From the IMG/VR virus record IMGVR_UViG_2791355118_000001, positions 1-64,000 of that record: 64,000 nt of DNA; one strand, written 5' to 3'. The position numbers and the translations under genes were made by a program. The DNA comes from a virus (Duplodnaviria; Caudoviricetes). The notes under the pieces were generated by a model. That model saw only the letters and a list, made by a program, of their open reading frames with translations. It had not been told where the DNA came from and ran no database searches. Each line of letters begins with the position of its first letter. The first letter of the stretch is position 1. Shown here one piece after another: positions 55,641 through 64,000 of this stretch.

Positions 55641-56108
55641 CTAGCACCCTTCCGCCCTTAAAGACCGGACCATGCGAACTATAACCGGATCGTAGGGCAC
55701 TTTTTCGTCACGGCTGTAGTTGATCGTAAACAGCGCCGCGCGGTCGGCGCATACTTGGATGGCGCGAACATACCTGATCTGACCGTCTTTGATCCCCGAA
55801 TAGCTGGCCCAATTCGGCGTCAGGCGTTTATACGTCAATTTCCAACCGTCTTTTTCGTCCTGCCCCATGCGATGCTCGATCTCGGCTTCGAAACTGGCTT
55901 TGCCCAGCCGAGCACCCCACACGGCTAGGAACGCGTGCCTTTCGCCTTCAAAAGCTGCGCCCTGATCCGAACGCTGAGCCAGCGCGAACCCGGGTGGCAC
56001 ATCAAAGATGAAACCAAATTCCTTGACCCCGAAATGCTGCCACGGCTTTGCCTGGACCAAGGCAGTGGAGCACAGAATGCAAACGCAGGCCAAAATCGTA
56101 CGACGCAT
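55641..56108 (-). CDS. Secreted hypothetical protein (antisense moron)
   Basis: Signal peptide; W...GF.FDVP..F...WASYSG; lower GC. Confidence 0.7.
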   Translation of the reverse strand: MRRTILACVCILCSTALVQAKPWQHFGVKEFGFIFDVPPGFALAQRSDQGAAFEGERHAFLAVWGARLGKASFEAEIEHRMGQDEKDGWKLTYKRLTPNWASYSGIKDGQIRYVRAIQVCADRAALFTINYSRDEKVPYDPVIVRMVRSLRAEGC

Positions 56109-56241
56109 TAGCGTTACTCGTTCAAGGTGCCCGGACTTGCGCTCCACGCCTCCCGACAAAGCGTGAGCGAATCCATGCCCCCATCCAACTTGTTGGCGGA
56201 GCGAACGTTCCATTAGCTCAGGCGATGGCGGTCGGCCTCAA

Positions 56242-56508
56242 CTAATCAGCTCGGCAGCGTTGGAACCGGTCGCCGGCAAAGCAAGTGTAGAGTTGCTTCA
56301 GCTGCGCCGCCACCGCCTCTCGCTGATCGCACGCCTTGATCGTGTCGGGATCATCGCCCGAGCCGCCGCGGCACTGCTCATTGAGGTCGAGATAGGTCTT
56401 TTCGAGCGCGGCCTTGTTCGGCTTCGCCAGCGCCGGCGCGACGGTGAAAAGCAGGAGGGCGGCGCTCGCGGCGGCAAGGACTTTCGGCATGGGCGTAACT
56501 TTCTTCAT
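56242..56508 (-). CDS. Small secreted Cys-containing protein (antisense moron)
   Basis: Signal peptide (APALA); N..CRGGSGD......ACD.R. Confidence 0.7.
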   Translation of the reverse strand: MKKVTPMPKVLAAASAALLLFTVAPALAKPNKAALEKTYLDLNEQCRGGSGDDPDTIKACDQREAVAAQLKQLYTCFAGDRFQRCRAD

Positions 56509-56525
56509 GTGAGGCGGTGATCGAG

Positions 56526-57389
56526 ATGGCGTTTAGCCAGAAGCGAATTTCCGTCGAGTTCGAGCTGGCAAACGGTCAGTTTGAAGGCGGCGGCAACACC
56601 GCGGAGGTATTCGGGCTGCGCGTCGCCTGCAACATCGTCAACGCCGGGCAAGGCTCGGGGCAAGCGGAAATTTCAATCTGGGGCCTGCCTCTGGCTCTGA
56701 TGAACCAGCTATCCACCGTCGGTTCACAGTATCTCCAGATGTACAAGAACGGCATTTCGGTGCTCGCTGGAGACGACGAGACCGGCCAGAACGTCGTGTG
56801 GACTGGCACCATCGTTTACGCCTATGTCGACGCGCAGGCGATGCCCGACGTGTGCTTCCGGATCAGCTCGCTCCCGGGCGTCTTCCATGCCGCAAAGCCG
56901 ATCCCGCCGCTCTCCATCAAGGGCTCCGGCGACGCCTCGCAGATGATGAAATCTCTCACGGGGCAGATGGGCCTGGCGTTCGAAGACGCCGGCGTCAAGG
57001 TGAAGTTCGCCAACCCCTACTATCCGGGCACCGCGTGGACGCAGATGCTGGCGATCGCGCGTGACGGCGGCTTCGACGTCGGCATCGATCGCGGCACGAT
57101 GGTCATCACGCCGCCCGGCAAGGCGCGAAACAGCGACACGGTGCTGATTTCGAAAGACACCGGCATGGTCGGCTACCCGTTCTTCCAGCAGGCCTTCGTG
57201 CTGGTCCGCGCGCTCTACAATCCGGCCGTGAAGTACCAGGGCAAGGTGCAAATCCAGAGCGACCTGACGCCGGCCAATGGCACATGGAAGGTCAACCGTC
57301 TTGAGTATCAGTTGGAGGCAATGATGCCCCACGGAAAGTGGTTCATGCTCCTCGAATGCATCGCCGTTGATGCCTCGGCGCCGGCATGA
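56526..57389 (+). CDS. Baseplate hub protein
   Basis: GLRV...I..AG...A.I.IWGL...MN.L; IS..TGMVGYP. Confidence 0.8.
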   Translation: MAFSQKRISVEFELANGQFEGGGNTAEVFGLRVACNIVNAGQGSGQAEISIWGLPLALMNQLSTVGSQYLQMYKNGISVLAGDDETGQNVVWTGTIVYAYVDAQAMPDVCFRISSLPGVFHAAKPIPPLSIKGSGDASQMMKSLTGQMGLAFEDAGVKVKFANPYYPGTAWTQMLAIARDGGFDVGIDRGTMVITPPGKARNSDTVLISKDTGMVGYPFFQQAFVLVRALYNPAVKYQGKVQIQSDLTPANGTWKVNRLEYQLEAMMPHGKWFMLLECIAVDASAPA

Positions 57390-58048
57390 GCGGCCAAGGC
57401 TATTTCGGTCAGCAGACCACGTCTGACGACACCGCCGAGATCAACCGGCTGCGCTTCCTCATCCGCCAGGAGCTGGCGCAGGCACGCACGGGCATCCCGG
57501 TCAAGGTCGTCGCAGTGCATGGTGGCGGCGTCGGCGCGCCGCCCACGGTGGATGTGATGCCGCTGATCAATCAGACGGACGGGCAGGGCAACCAGACGCC
57601 GCATGGCATCATCTACGGCATCGCCACGATGCGGAATCAGGGCGGCACGAACGGCATCATCAACGATCCCAAAGTCGGCGATATCGGCCACATGGCCATA
57701 TCCGACCGCGACATCTCGGCGCTGAAAGCCAATGGCGGAGCCCAATCAAACCCGGGCAGCTTTCGCCGCGGCAACATGTCGGACGGCGTCTACATGGGCA
57801 CCATCGTCAACCCGGCAAACCAGGACCAGGCCGTCCAGTTTACCGAGAGCGGCATCAAGCTCTTCGACAAGAACGGGCAGATCATTGAGTTTGCGGCCGG
57901 CTCCATCACCATCACCACCGCGCAGCTGCGCGTGACGGGCGACGTCATCGCGGGATCGGGCGGCGAGAACATCAGCCTCCTCAACCACCTCCACACCAAC
58001 GTCCAGCCTGGCGGCGGGACGTCTGGCCCACCGGAGCCCGGAACATGA
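57386..58048 (+). CDS. Baseplate central spike (gpV/Gp138-like)
   Basis: VDV.PL, DP.VGD.G...SDRDIS, HLHTNVQPGG (HxH iron-binding tip). Confidence 0.88.
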   Translation: MSGQGYFGQQTTSDDTAEINRLRFLIRQELAQARTGIPVKVVAVHGGGVGAPPTVDVMPLINQTDGQGNQTPHGIIYGIATMRNQGGTNGIINDPKVGDIGHMAISDRDISALKANGGAQSNPGSFRRGNMSDGVYMGTIVNPANQDQAVQFTESGIKLFDKNGQIIEFAAGSITITTAQLRVTGDVIAGSGGENISLLNHLHTNVQPGGGTSGPPEPGT

Positions 58049-58395
58049 AGACGCTCCTTCTCGACACCGACACATGGGACCTGATGTCCGACGCGTCGGG
58101 CAACATCGCCGTCGCCGACGAGCCCTATGCGCTGGCGCAGGACGCCGCGAGCGCGATCAGGCTTTTCGCGGGCGAGCTCTACTACGACACCACACAGGGC
58201 ATTCCCTTTTTCGACCAGATCCTGGGCAGGGCTCCGCCGGTCTCGCTCATGAAGCCGTACTTCAACCGCGCCGCCCTAAGTGTGCCCGGCGTGGTCTCGG
58301 CGCAGACCTTCATCCAGTCCTGGACCGATCGGACTGTCACCGGCCAAGTGCAGGTGACGGACGGGGCCGGCAACACCACCGCAGCGAGCTTCTAG
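58045..58395 (+). CDS. Baseplate wedge (gp25/W-like) protein
   Basis: WDL..D.SGNIA...AQD...AI.LF.GE..YDT..GIP. Confidence 0.8.
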   Translation: MKTLLLDTDTWDLMSDASGNIAVADEPYALAQDAASAIRLFAGELYYDTTQGIPFFDQILGRAPPVSLMKPYFNRAALSVPGVVSAQTFIQSWTDRTVTGQVQVTDGAGNTTAASF

Positions 58396-58398
58396 CAC

Positions 58399-59835
58399 AT
58401 GGTCGACACCACCAACGTTCCCCCGCCGCAGTGGACGGACAGGGGGTTCCTGATCCCGTCGGCCGCGGAGGTGCTGGCGGGCGTGACCGAGGACATCAAC
58501 GGCGCGTTCGGCGGCGTCCTCAATCCCGCGCTGAACACGCCGCAGGGGCAGCTCGCCAGCAGCGAGACGGCGGTCATCGACGAGGTCAACTCGATGTTCC
58601 TCTATTTCACCAACCAGGTCGATCCCGCCTATGCGACCGGCCGGATGCAGGATGCGATCGCGCGCATCTACTTCATCGAGCGCAACCCGGCCCAGCCGAC
58701 GGTCGTGCAGGCGCTTTGCAGTGGCTTGCCGGGCGTCGCCATCCCGACGGGCTCGTTGGCCCTTGCCGAAGATGGCAACCAGTATCTGTGCACCGAGGAT
58801 GGCGTCATCGGCGTCGACGGCACTGTCACCTTGCCGTTCGAGTGCCTGGTGGTCGGGCCGATCCCATGCCCTGCCGGAAGCCTCGACCAGATTTTTCGAG
58901 CGATCCCCGGATGGGATTCGATCACGAACCCGGATGACGGCGTGCTGGGCAACAATGTCGAGAGCCGGTCGGCTTTCGAGGCCCGCCGTGCTGCCTCCGT
59001 CGCGTTGAATTCGCAGGGCTCGCTTCCGTCGGTCCTGGGCGCGGTGCTGGCGGTGCCGAACGTCATCGACGCGTTCGTGACAGAGAACGCCAGCAATGAC
59101 GTCCAGACCATTGGCGGCGTCTCGATCTATCCGAACTCGCTCTATGTCGCGGTGGTCGGCGGCGACGCTGACGATGTCGCGCAAGCGATCTGGTCGCGCA
59201 AAGCGCCCGGCTGCGCATACAACGGCAATACGACGGTCACGGTCTACGACCAGAGCCCCGGCTATGTCCCACCGTACCCTGCCTATCGGGTGAGCTTCGA
59301 GATCCCCGATCCCTTGGCGATCCTGTTCGCGGTCAACATCGTCAACACGCATCTCGTCCCCGCCGATGCCGCGACGCAAATCCAGAATGCCATCGTCAGC
59401 GCCTTTGCTGGCGGCGATGGTGGGCCGCGCGCGAAGATCGGCACCACGCTATTTGCGAGCCGTTTCTACGCGCCCGTGGCTGCCCTTGGCTTGTGGGCGC
59501 AGATCATCTCGATCGAGGTAGGCTCGAACAACAACCCCAGCGCCGTCTTCACGGGCCAGATCGCCGGAACGATACTGACGGTCTCCGCCGTTGCGTCGGG
59601 TGCGCCGGCGGTCGGGCAGATCATTTCCGACACCACCGGCGCGCTGACCGTCGGCACCACCATCACCGCGCTCGGCACCGGCTCGGGCGGCACCGGTACC
59701 TATGTCGTCTCGAACAACAAGAACGTGTCAATCGAGACCATGACGGCCGCGATCCCCAATCGCTTCGACATCGCCGTCGACATCGACCAGGTGCCGACGA
59801 TCTCCCCCAACGACATCTTCGTCACCCTGACCTGA
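58399..59835 (+). CDS. Baseplate J-like protein with an inserted repeat module
   Basis: TPQGQLA, NQVDP..A.GRMQD.I, G...ESR..FE.RR. Confidence 0.9.
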   Translation: MVDTTNVPPPQWTDRGFLIPSAAEVLAGVTEDINGAFGGVLNPALNTPQGQLASSETAVIDEVNSMFLYFTNQVDPAYATGRMQDAIARIYFIERNPAQPTVVQALCSGLPGVAIPTGSLALAEDGNQYLCTEDGVIGVDGTVTLPFECLVVGPIPCPAGSLDQIFRAIPGWDSITNPDDGVLGNNVESRSAFEARRAASVALNSQGSLPSVLGAVLAVPNVIDAFVTENASNDVQTIGGVSIYPNSLYVAVVGGDADDVAQAIWSRKAPGCAYNGNTTVTVYDQSPGYVPPYPAYRVSFEIPDPLAILFAVNIVNTHLVPADAATQIQNAIVSAFAGGDGGPRAKIGTTLFASRFYAPVAALGLWAQIISIEVGSNNNPSAVFTGQIAGTILTVSAVASGAPAVGQIISDTTGALTVGTTITALGTGSGGTGTYVVSNNKNVSIETMTAAIPNRFDIAVDIDQVPTISPNDIFVTLT

Positions 59836-59841
59836 TCGATC

Positions 59842-60591
59842 ATGGAAGACACAGGACCTCCCTATCCCAGGCCACCGGCCGGGATACCGAACGGCTTTGG
59901 CCAATTCGCCATTGGCATCAGCCCGATCGGCGATTTCCCGCCTTTCGACGTTTGGCGCACTGTCATCAGCCAGTATGCGAATGCGCCCACGCTGACGCAG
60001 CTGATCGGGAACATCTTCTCGTATCTCGACCAGACGGCCAACTTCGATGCGTTCTTCGACTACATCTGGAACGTCGACACGGCGCAGGGCTATGGGCTCG
60101 ACGTCTGGGGCCGCATCGTCGGCGTCAGCCGGGTTTTGCAGGTCACGACCGGGGACTGGTTCGGCTTCGACGAGGCGAGGCCAGGAGCCGATCCGTTCGG
60201 GCAAGGCGCGTTCTATTCCGGCGCTCCGCTGACCTCGAATTTCGCGCTGTCGGACGAGGCATACCGCCGGCTCATCTTCGCCAAGGCGGCAGCCAACATC
60301 ACTAACGGCTCGATCCCCGCGATCAACCAGATCCTGCTCAGCCTCTTCCCTAATAGGGGCAACGCCTACGTTACCGAGGGCGGCAATTACGGAACATGGT
60401 TCGGCTTCGAGGAATCGCTGAACTCCGTCGGCTTCAACCAGGCATCGTTCTACGCGGGCTCGTCGATCGAGACGATGACGATGACCTACACCTTCGCATT
60501 CCAGCTGACTCCTGTCGAACTCGCGATCGTCCAGAACTCCGGCGTCTTGCCGAAGCCGACCGGCGTCAAGGCGTCGGTCGTCATCATCTAA
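59842..60591 (+). CDS. Baseplate wedge protein (DUF2612-type)
   Basis: ISQYAN.P, WN.DTA.G.GLD.WGRIVG, LSD..YR.LI..KA..NI, LP.P.GV. Confidence 0.88.
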   Translation: MEDTGPPYPRPPAGIPNGFGQFAIGISPIGDFPPFDVWRTVISQYANAPTLTQLIGNIFSYLDQTANFDAFFDYIWNVDTAQGYGLDVWGRIVGVSRVLQVTTGDWFGFDEARPGADPFGQGAFYSGAPLTSNFALSDEAYRRLIFAKAAANITNGSIPAINQILLSLFPNRGNAYVTEGGNYGTWFGFEESLNSVGFNQASFYAGSSIETMTMTYTFAFQLTPVELAIVQNSGVLPKPTGVKASVVII

Positions 60592-60601
60592 GGATCCTTC
60601 C

Positions 60602-62077
60602 ATGAAGCTTTCCGCCTTGCCTGCCAAGTTCCCCGTAGCTTGGGGAGCTTCGGCGAGCCCGAGCTACATCCGCTCCATCCCGCTCGGCTCGCAGATCGGG
60701 ATTGTGAATGGCGCGGCCTCCCTGACCGACGGCTTTCCGCCACTCAACTTCCTGCCGGTCGGATCGGGCGGCGTGCCGCCATTCGGCCAGGACATGAACG
60801 GCATTCTGCAGCAGATCACGCAATGGTCGCAGTGGCAGAATGCAGGCGGTCTGGTTCCCTACGATCCGGCCTTCTCGGCAGCGATCGGCGGGTATCCCAA
60901 GAGCGCGTTGCTGGCCGGCGCGGCGACCGGTGTCGTTTGGCTGAGCACGGCCGACGACAATACGTCCGACCCTGATACGGGCGGCGCGAATTGGGTCAAC
61001 ATCGGAGCCGCATCCGCGCCCATCATGGTCGGTACCGACGCGGGCTCGGCCAATGTCTGCACCGCCGCGGTCCTGCCGGCGCCGAGCGCTTATGTCGACG
61101 GCCAGATTTTCGTCGTCCAGAAGGCCGCCTTCGACAACAACGGCGCCATGACGGGCAACATTGACGGTCTGGGCACCCATCCGATCGTCAACATGGACGG
61201 CACCGCGCTGACGGCAAAGCAATGGCCGGCCAGCGCCATGGGCATCCTTGAGTTCAACAACGCGACGACGTCGTTCCGTCTGCTCAACCCTGCTGTGACC
61301 GTGGCCGCCAATGCGGGCCTTGCCGCGACCGATCAGCAGGTCCTTTCGCTGAGCATCACGAGTTTGCCGGCACCGACCGGCGCACTTTCCTTGAACGACA
61401 GCCTTCCGCTGCATGTGGTGTCGGACGGTGCGGACCGCGAGGTCACGCTCTCCGCGCTCGCCGCAATTCTCCCTGGCGCGATGAAGGCCATGCGCGTCAT
61501 GACCGCGAGCGGAACCTACGTGCCGACGGCCGGTGCCAAGAGCATGCTCGTCTTTGTCACGGGCGCAGGCGGCGCAGGCGGCGGCAATGCCACGACAAAC
61601 GGCTTCACTGGCGGCGGCGGAAGCGCGGGCGGAACGGCGGTCTATTTCGGTCCGGTCTCGCAGCAGACCGTCACCATCGGTGCCGGTGGCGTCCCCAATC
61701 CATCATCCGGTTCCGATCTCATCGGCGGTACCGGCGGAACAACCTCTTTCGGCGCTCTTGCCGTCGCTACCGGCGGCATTGGCGGTTCTTCCAGCGGCAC
61801 CAACTCATTTGGAGCGGGCGGGCAAGGGGTGGGGACCGGAACCGCCGGAACCCTCTTGATCCCCGGCGGTGCCGGCTCGCCCGGTTCAGGCCATGACGGC
61901 GGTTGCGGGGGCACCTCGTTCTGGGGCGGCGGCGGCTACGGCGGCGCAACTCCTTCGACCGGTGTCCAGGTGCCCGGCGGTCCGGGCTCTCTCGGCGGCG
62001 GCGGTGGTGGTGGCGACGGCGGCGGCTCCGGCGGGGCCGGCGGCAACGGTGTGGTCGTCATCTTCGAATTCGACTGA
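60602..62077 (+). CDS. Tail fibre protein with Gly-rich C-terminal domain
   Basis: GFPPL.F.P...GG.PP.GQD.NGIL...IGGYP; GGGGG...G.GG.G.V.I.E end. Confidence 0.88.
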   Translation: MKLSALPAKFPVAWGASASPSYIRSIPLGSQIGIVNGAASLTDGFPPLNFLPVGSGGVPPFGQDMNGILQQITQWSQWQNAGGLVPYDPAFSAAIGGYPKSALLAGAATGVVWLSTADDNTSDPDTGGANWVNIGAASAPIMVGTDAGSANVCTAAVLPAPSAYVDGQIFVVQKAAFDNNGAMTGNIDGLGTHPIVNMDGTALTAKQWPASAMGILEFNNATTSFRLLNPAVTVAANAGLAATDQQVLSLSITSLPAPTGALSLNDSLPLHVVSDGADREVTLSALAAILPGAMKAMRVMTASGTYVPTAGAKSMLVFVTGAGGAGGGNATTNGFTGGGGSAGGTAVYFGPVSQQTVTIGAGGVPNPSSGSDLIGGTGGTTSFGALAVATGGIGGSSSGTNSFGAGGQGVGTGTAGTLLIPGGAGSPGSGHDGGCGGTSFWGGGGYGGATPSTGVQVPGGPGSLGGGGGGGDGGGSGGAGGNGVVVIFEFD

Positions 62078-62135
62078 TCGCGGCATCGCCGCCCTCGCGT
62101 AAGCCAACCACTCACACACATTCGGATTGGGACAA

Positions 62136-64000
62136 ATGAATCCCTTCAGCTACGGCAATGTCCTGACCGCTGGCCAGTGGAGCTATCTGTTCTCGCAGAA
62201 GCAGGACGCGCTCGGCTATACCCCCGTGAACCGGGGCGGCGACACGATGCAAGGGCCGCTCAACACCCAGGCCTCTACGTCCAACGGCGCGGGATTCAGC
62301 ATCCCTCCTGGCGCTGCCCCGGGAGTGCCGGTCGATGGCCAGATCTGGATGACCATCTTTGGGCTCTTCTTCCAGATCGGCGGGAAAACAATCGGACCGA
62401 TCGCCAACGGCACCATCGTTGGGCCTTCGACCTCCGTGGTGGGCGATATTCCAGTTTTCTCCACGATCGGCGGCACTGCCCTCGCGGACAGCGGGATCTC
62501 GCTCGCTTCGCAGTTCCCCAACCTCATTCTGGCTACTCCAGCCTTCGGAAGCGGAGTGCCCGCATTCCGAGCGCTGATCGGGGCTGACCTACCCACGCCG
62601 CAGCCCGTGGCCCTCGGTGGCGTGAAATCTGCGGCGGCTCCACCCCATCAGTTCGGGACCGGAGTCGACACCAGCGGCAACCCGACGTTCGCTCAGCCGG
62701 CGATCGGCGACGTCTCGGGCCTTGCCGCGAACATGCTGGCCTTTCTTGCCGGCGGCACGAGCGCCCAGCTCGCCGCGGCGATGGTCGACGAGACCGGCAG
62801 CGGTCCGCTTGTCTTCGCCACGAACCCGACCGTCGCCCTTGGCTCGGCCTCGACCGCCGTCACGCAGACGCCCGGCGACAACTCGACCAAGTTGGCCACG
62901 ACGGCCTATGTGCAGGCAGCGATATTCGCCACCACGACGCTGCCGGCGACCAGGCTGGCCACGACCACCGCGCTTCCGGCGGTCACCTATGCCAATGGAG
63001 CATCCGGCGTCGGTGCCACGCTCACCGCTTCTGCCAACGGTGCCTTGACGGTCGATGGCGTAGCCGCGAACCTCAACGACGTGATCCTGGTCAAGAACCA
63101 GGCCTCGTCGTTCCAGAACGGCATCTATACGGTCACGGCGACCGGTAGCGCGGGCGCGCCTTTCGTCCTGACGCGTGCGACCTACTACAATCTCTCTGCC
63201 GACATCGATCTTGGCGACCAGACGTTCGTGACGGGTGGAGCGACGCAGGGCGCCACGACCTGGACGCAGAATGCCAAGGAAAACCCGGTCATTGGTACCG
63301 ACCCGATCACGTTCGCCCAGACGGCGGGCGTCGGTTCATACACGGCCGGCAATGGCCTTATCCTGGCGGGCACGCAGTTCTCGATCGACACTACGATCAC
63401 CGCTGACCTAACTTCGGCGCAGTCGCTCTCCAACAAGACGCTGGTGAGCCCGGCACTCAGCGGCGTGCCCACCGCGCCGACTGCAGGGGCCGGCACGAGC
63501 AGCGCGCAGATCGCCACCACGGCATTTGCGGCGGCCGCTGCAGCAGCCGCCGCGGCCGGGACGCTTGTCAACGTCCAGGTAAAGACTGCCTCGGGCACCT
63601 ATATGCCGACCGCAGGCGCAAGTCGCGCACTCGTCTTCGTCACTGGCGGCGGCGCGGGTGGCACGACCGGCACGGGCAGCGGCAGTGAAAGCGGCGGCGG
63701 CGCTGGTGGCACGGCCATCTTCTTCATGAACGGTGTCTCGGCACAGACCGTTACAATTGGCTCGGGCGGCGCTGCCGGCGCCGCAGGTGGATCATCCGCA
63801 TTCGGCACTGTTACGGCGAACGGCGGCTCTGCCGCAGCCTCTCAGAACATCGGCGGCCGGGGCGGCACGGCAGCCAACGGCTACATGAATATTGCTGGCG
63901 GCGACGGCGGCTCCGGCACCAATGCGACCGGCAACTCCCAAGGCGGCGAGGGCGGCGCCAGCTTTTGGGGCGGCGGTGGCGCGGGCGGCCAGACCGCTAA
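62136..64000 (+). CDS. Second tail fibre protein (partial, runs off the window)
   Basis: MNPFSYGNVLTAGQW...; DNSTKLATTAYV, VKNQ....QNGIY, PALSGVPTAPTA, Gly-rich end; start and end are in the same frame. Confidence 0.85.
   Translation, partial: MNPFSYGNVLTAGQWSYLFSQKQDALGYTPVNRGGDTMQGPLNTQASTSNGAGFSIPPGAAPGVPVDGQIWMTIFGLFFQIGGKTIGPIANGTIVGPSTSVVGDIPVFSTIGGTALADSGISLASQFPNLILATPAFGSGVPAFRALIGADLPTPQPVALGGVKSAAAPPHQFGTGVDTSGNPTFAQPAIGDVSGLAANMLAFLAGGTSAQLAAAMVDETGSGPLVFATNPTVALGSASTAVTQTPGDNSTKLATTAYVQAAIFATTTLPATRLATTTALPAVTYANGASGVGATLTASANGALTVDGVAANLNDVILVKNQASSFQNGIYTVTATGSAGAPFVLTRATYYNLSADIDLGDQTFVTGGATQGATTWTQNAKENPVIGTDPITFAQTAGVGSYTAGNGLILAGTQFSIDTTITADLTSAQSLSNKTLVSPALSGVPTAPTAGAGTSSAQIATTAFAAAAAAAAAAGTLVNVQVKTASGTYMPTAGASRALVFVTGGGAGGTTGTGSGSESGGGAGGTAIFFMNGVSAQTVTIGSGGAAGAAGGSSAFGTVTANGGSAAASQNIGGRGGTAANGYMNIAGGDGGSGTNATGNSQGGEGGASFWGGGGAGGQTA

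Larger units (their letters stand above)
1..64000. mobile_element. Temperate prophage (contractile-tail/myovirus type) of a rhizobial alphaproteobacterium; extends beyond the right edge
   Basis: Integrase, cI/cro, replication, terminase, portal, capsid, sheath, tube, tape measure, baseplate and fibre genes in canonical order. Confidence 0.97.

Noticed and set aside
60602-64000. Diversity-generating retroelement or invertible tail-fibre switch
   Set aside because: No reverse transcriptase, invertase or near-identical TR/VR pair is visible in the window.

Overview
The whole window is one temperate prophage of a high-GC alphaproteobacterium, most likely Mesorhizobium or another rhizobium (MucR/Ros homologue, TolB-like/TPR and HWE-kinase cargo). 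It starts at the tyrosine integrase stop (position 1). Modules in order: leftward early/recombination operon (mucR, ASCH, RecT-like), cI/cro switch, replication gene with iterons, a roughly 15-kb accessory zone (parB, methyltransferases, morons), an MTase-like/ParB/terminase block, and a largely intact DUF1073/DUF2213/DUF2184/DUF3383-type contractile-tail (myovirus) structural module that runs off the right edge inside a tail-fibre gene. No att site or lysis genes are visible. Most striking features: (1) a LAGLIDADG homing endonuclease overprinted in another frame inside an in-frame, apparently unspliced insertion of about 180 codons in parB; (2) a 13-bp co-oriented start-associated leader motif (CCCTACCACGGAG) in 11 copies, which together with a 17-bp operator (GTAACC-N5-GGTTAC) divides the accessory region into cassette-like units; (3) one module of about 55 aa inserted six times into four different virion proteins; (4) a Nudix/Zn-finger fusion on the head maturation protein. 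All family calls come from recognising motifs by eye; no database search was run.
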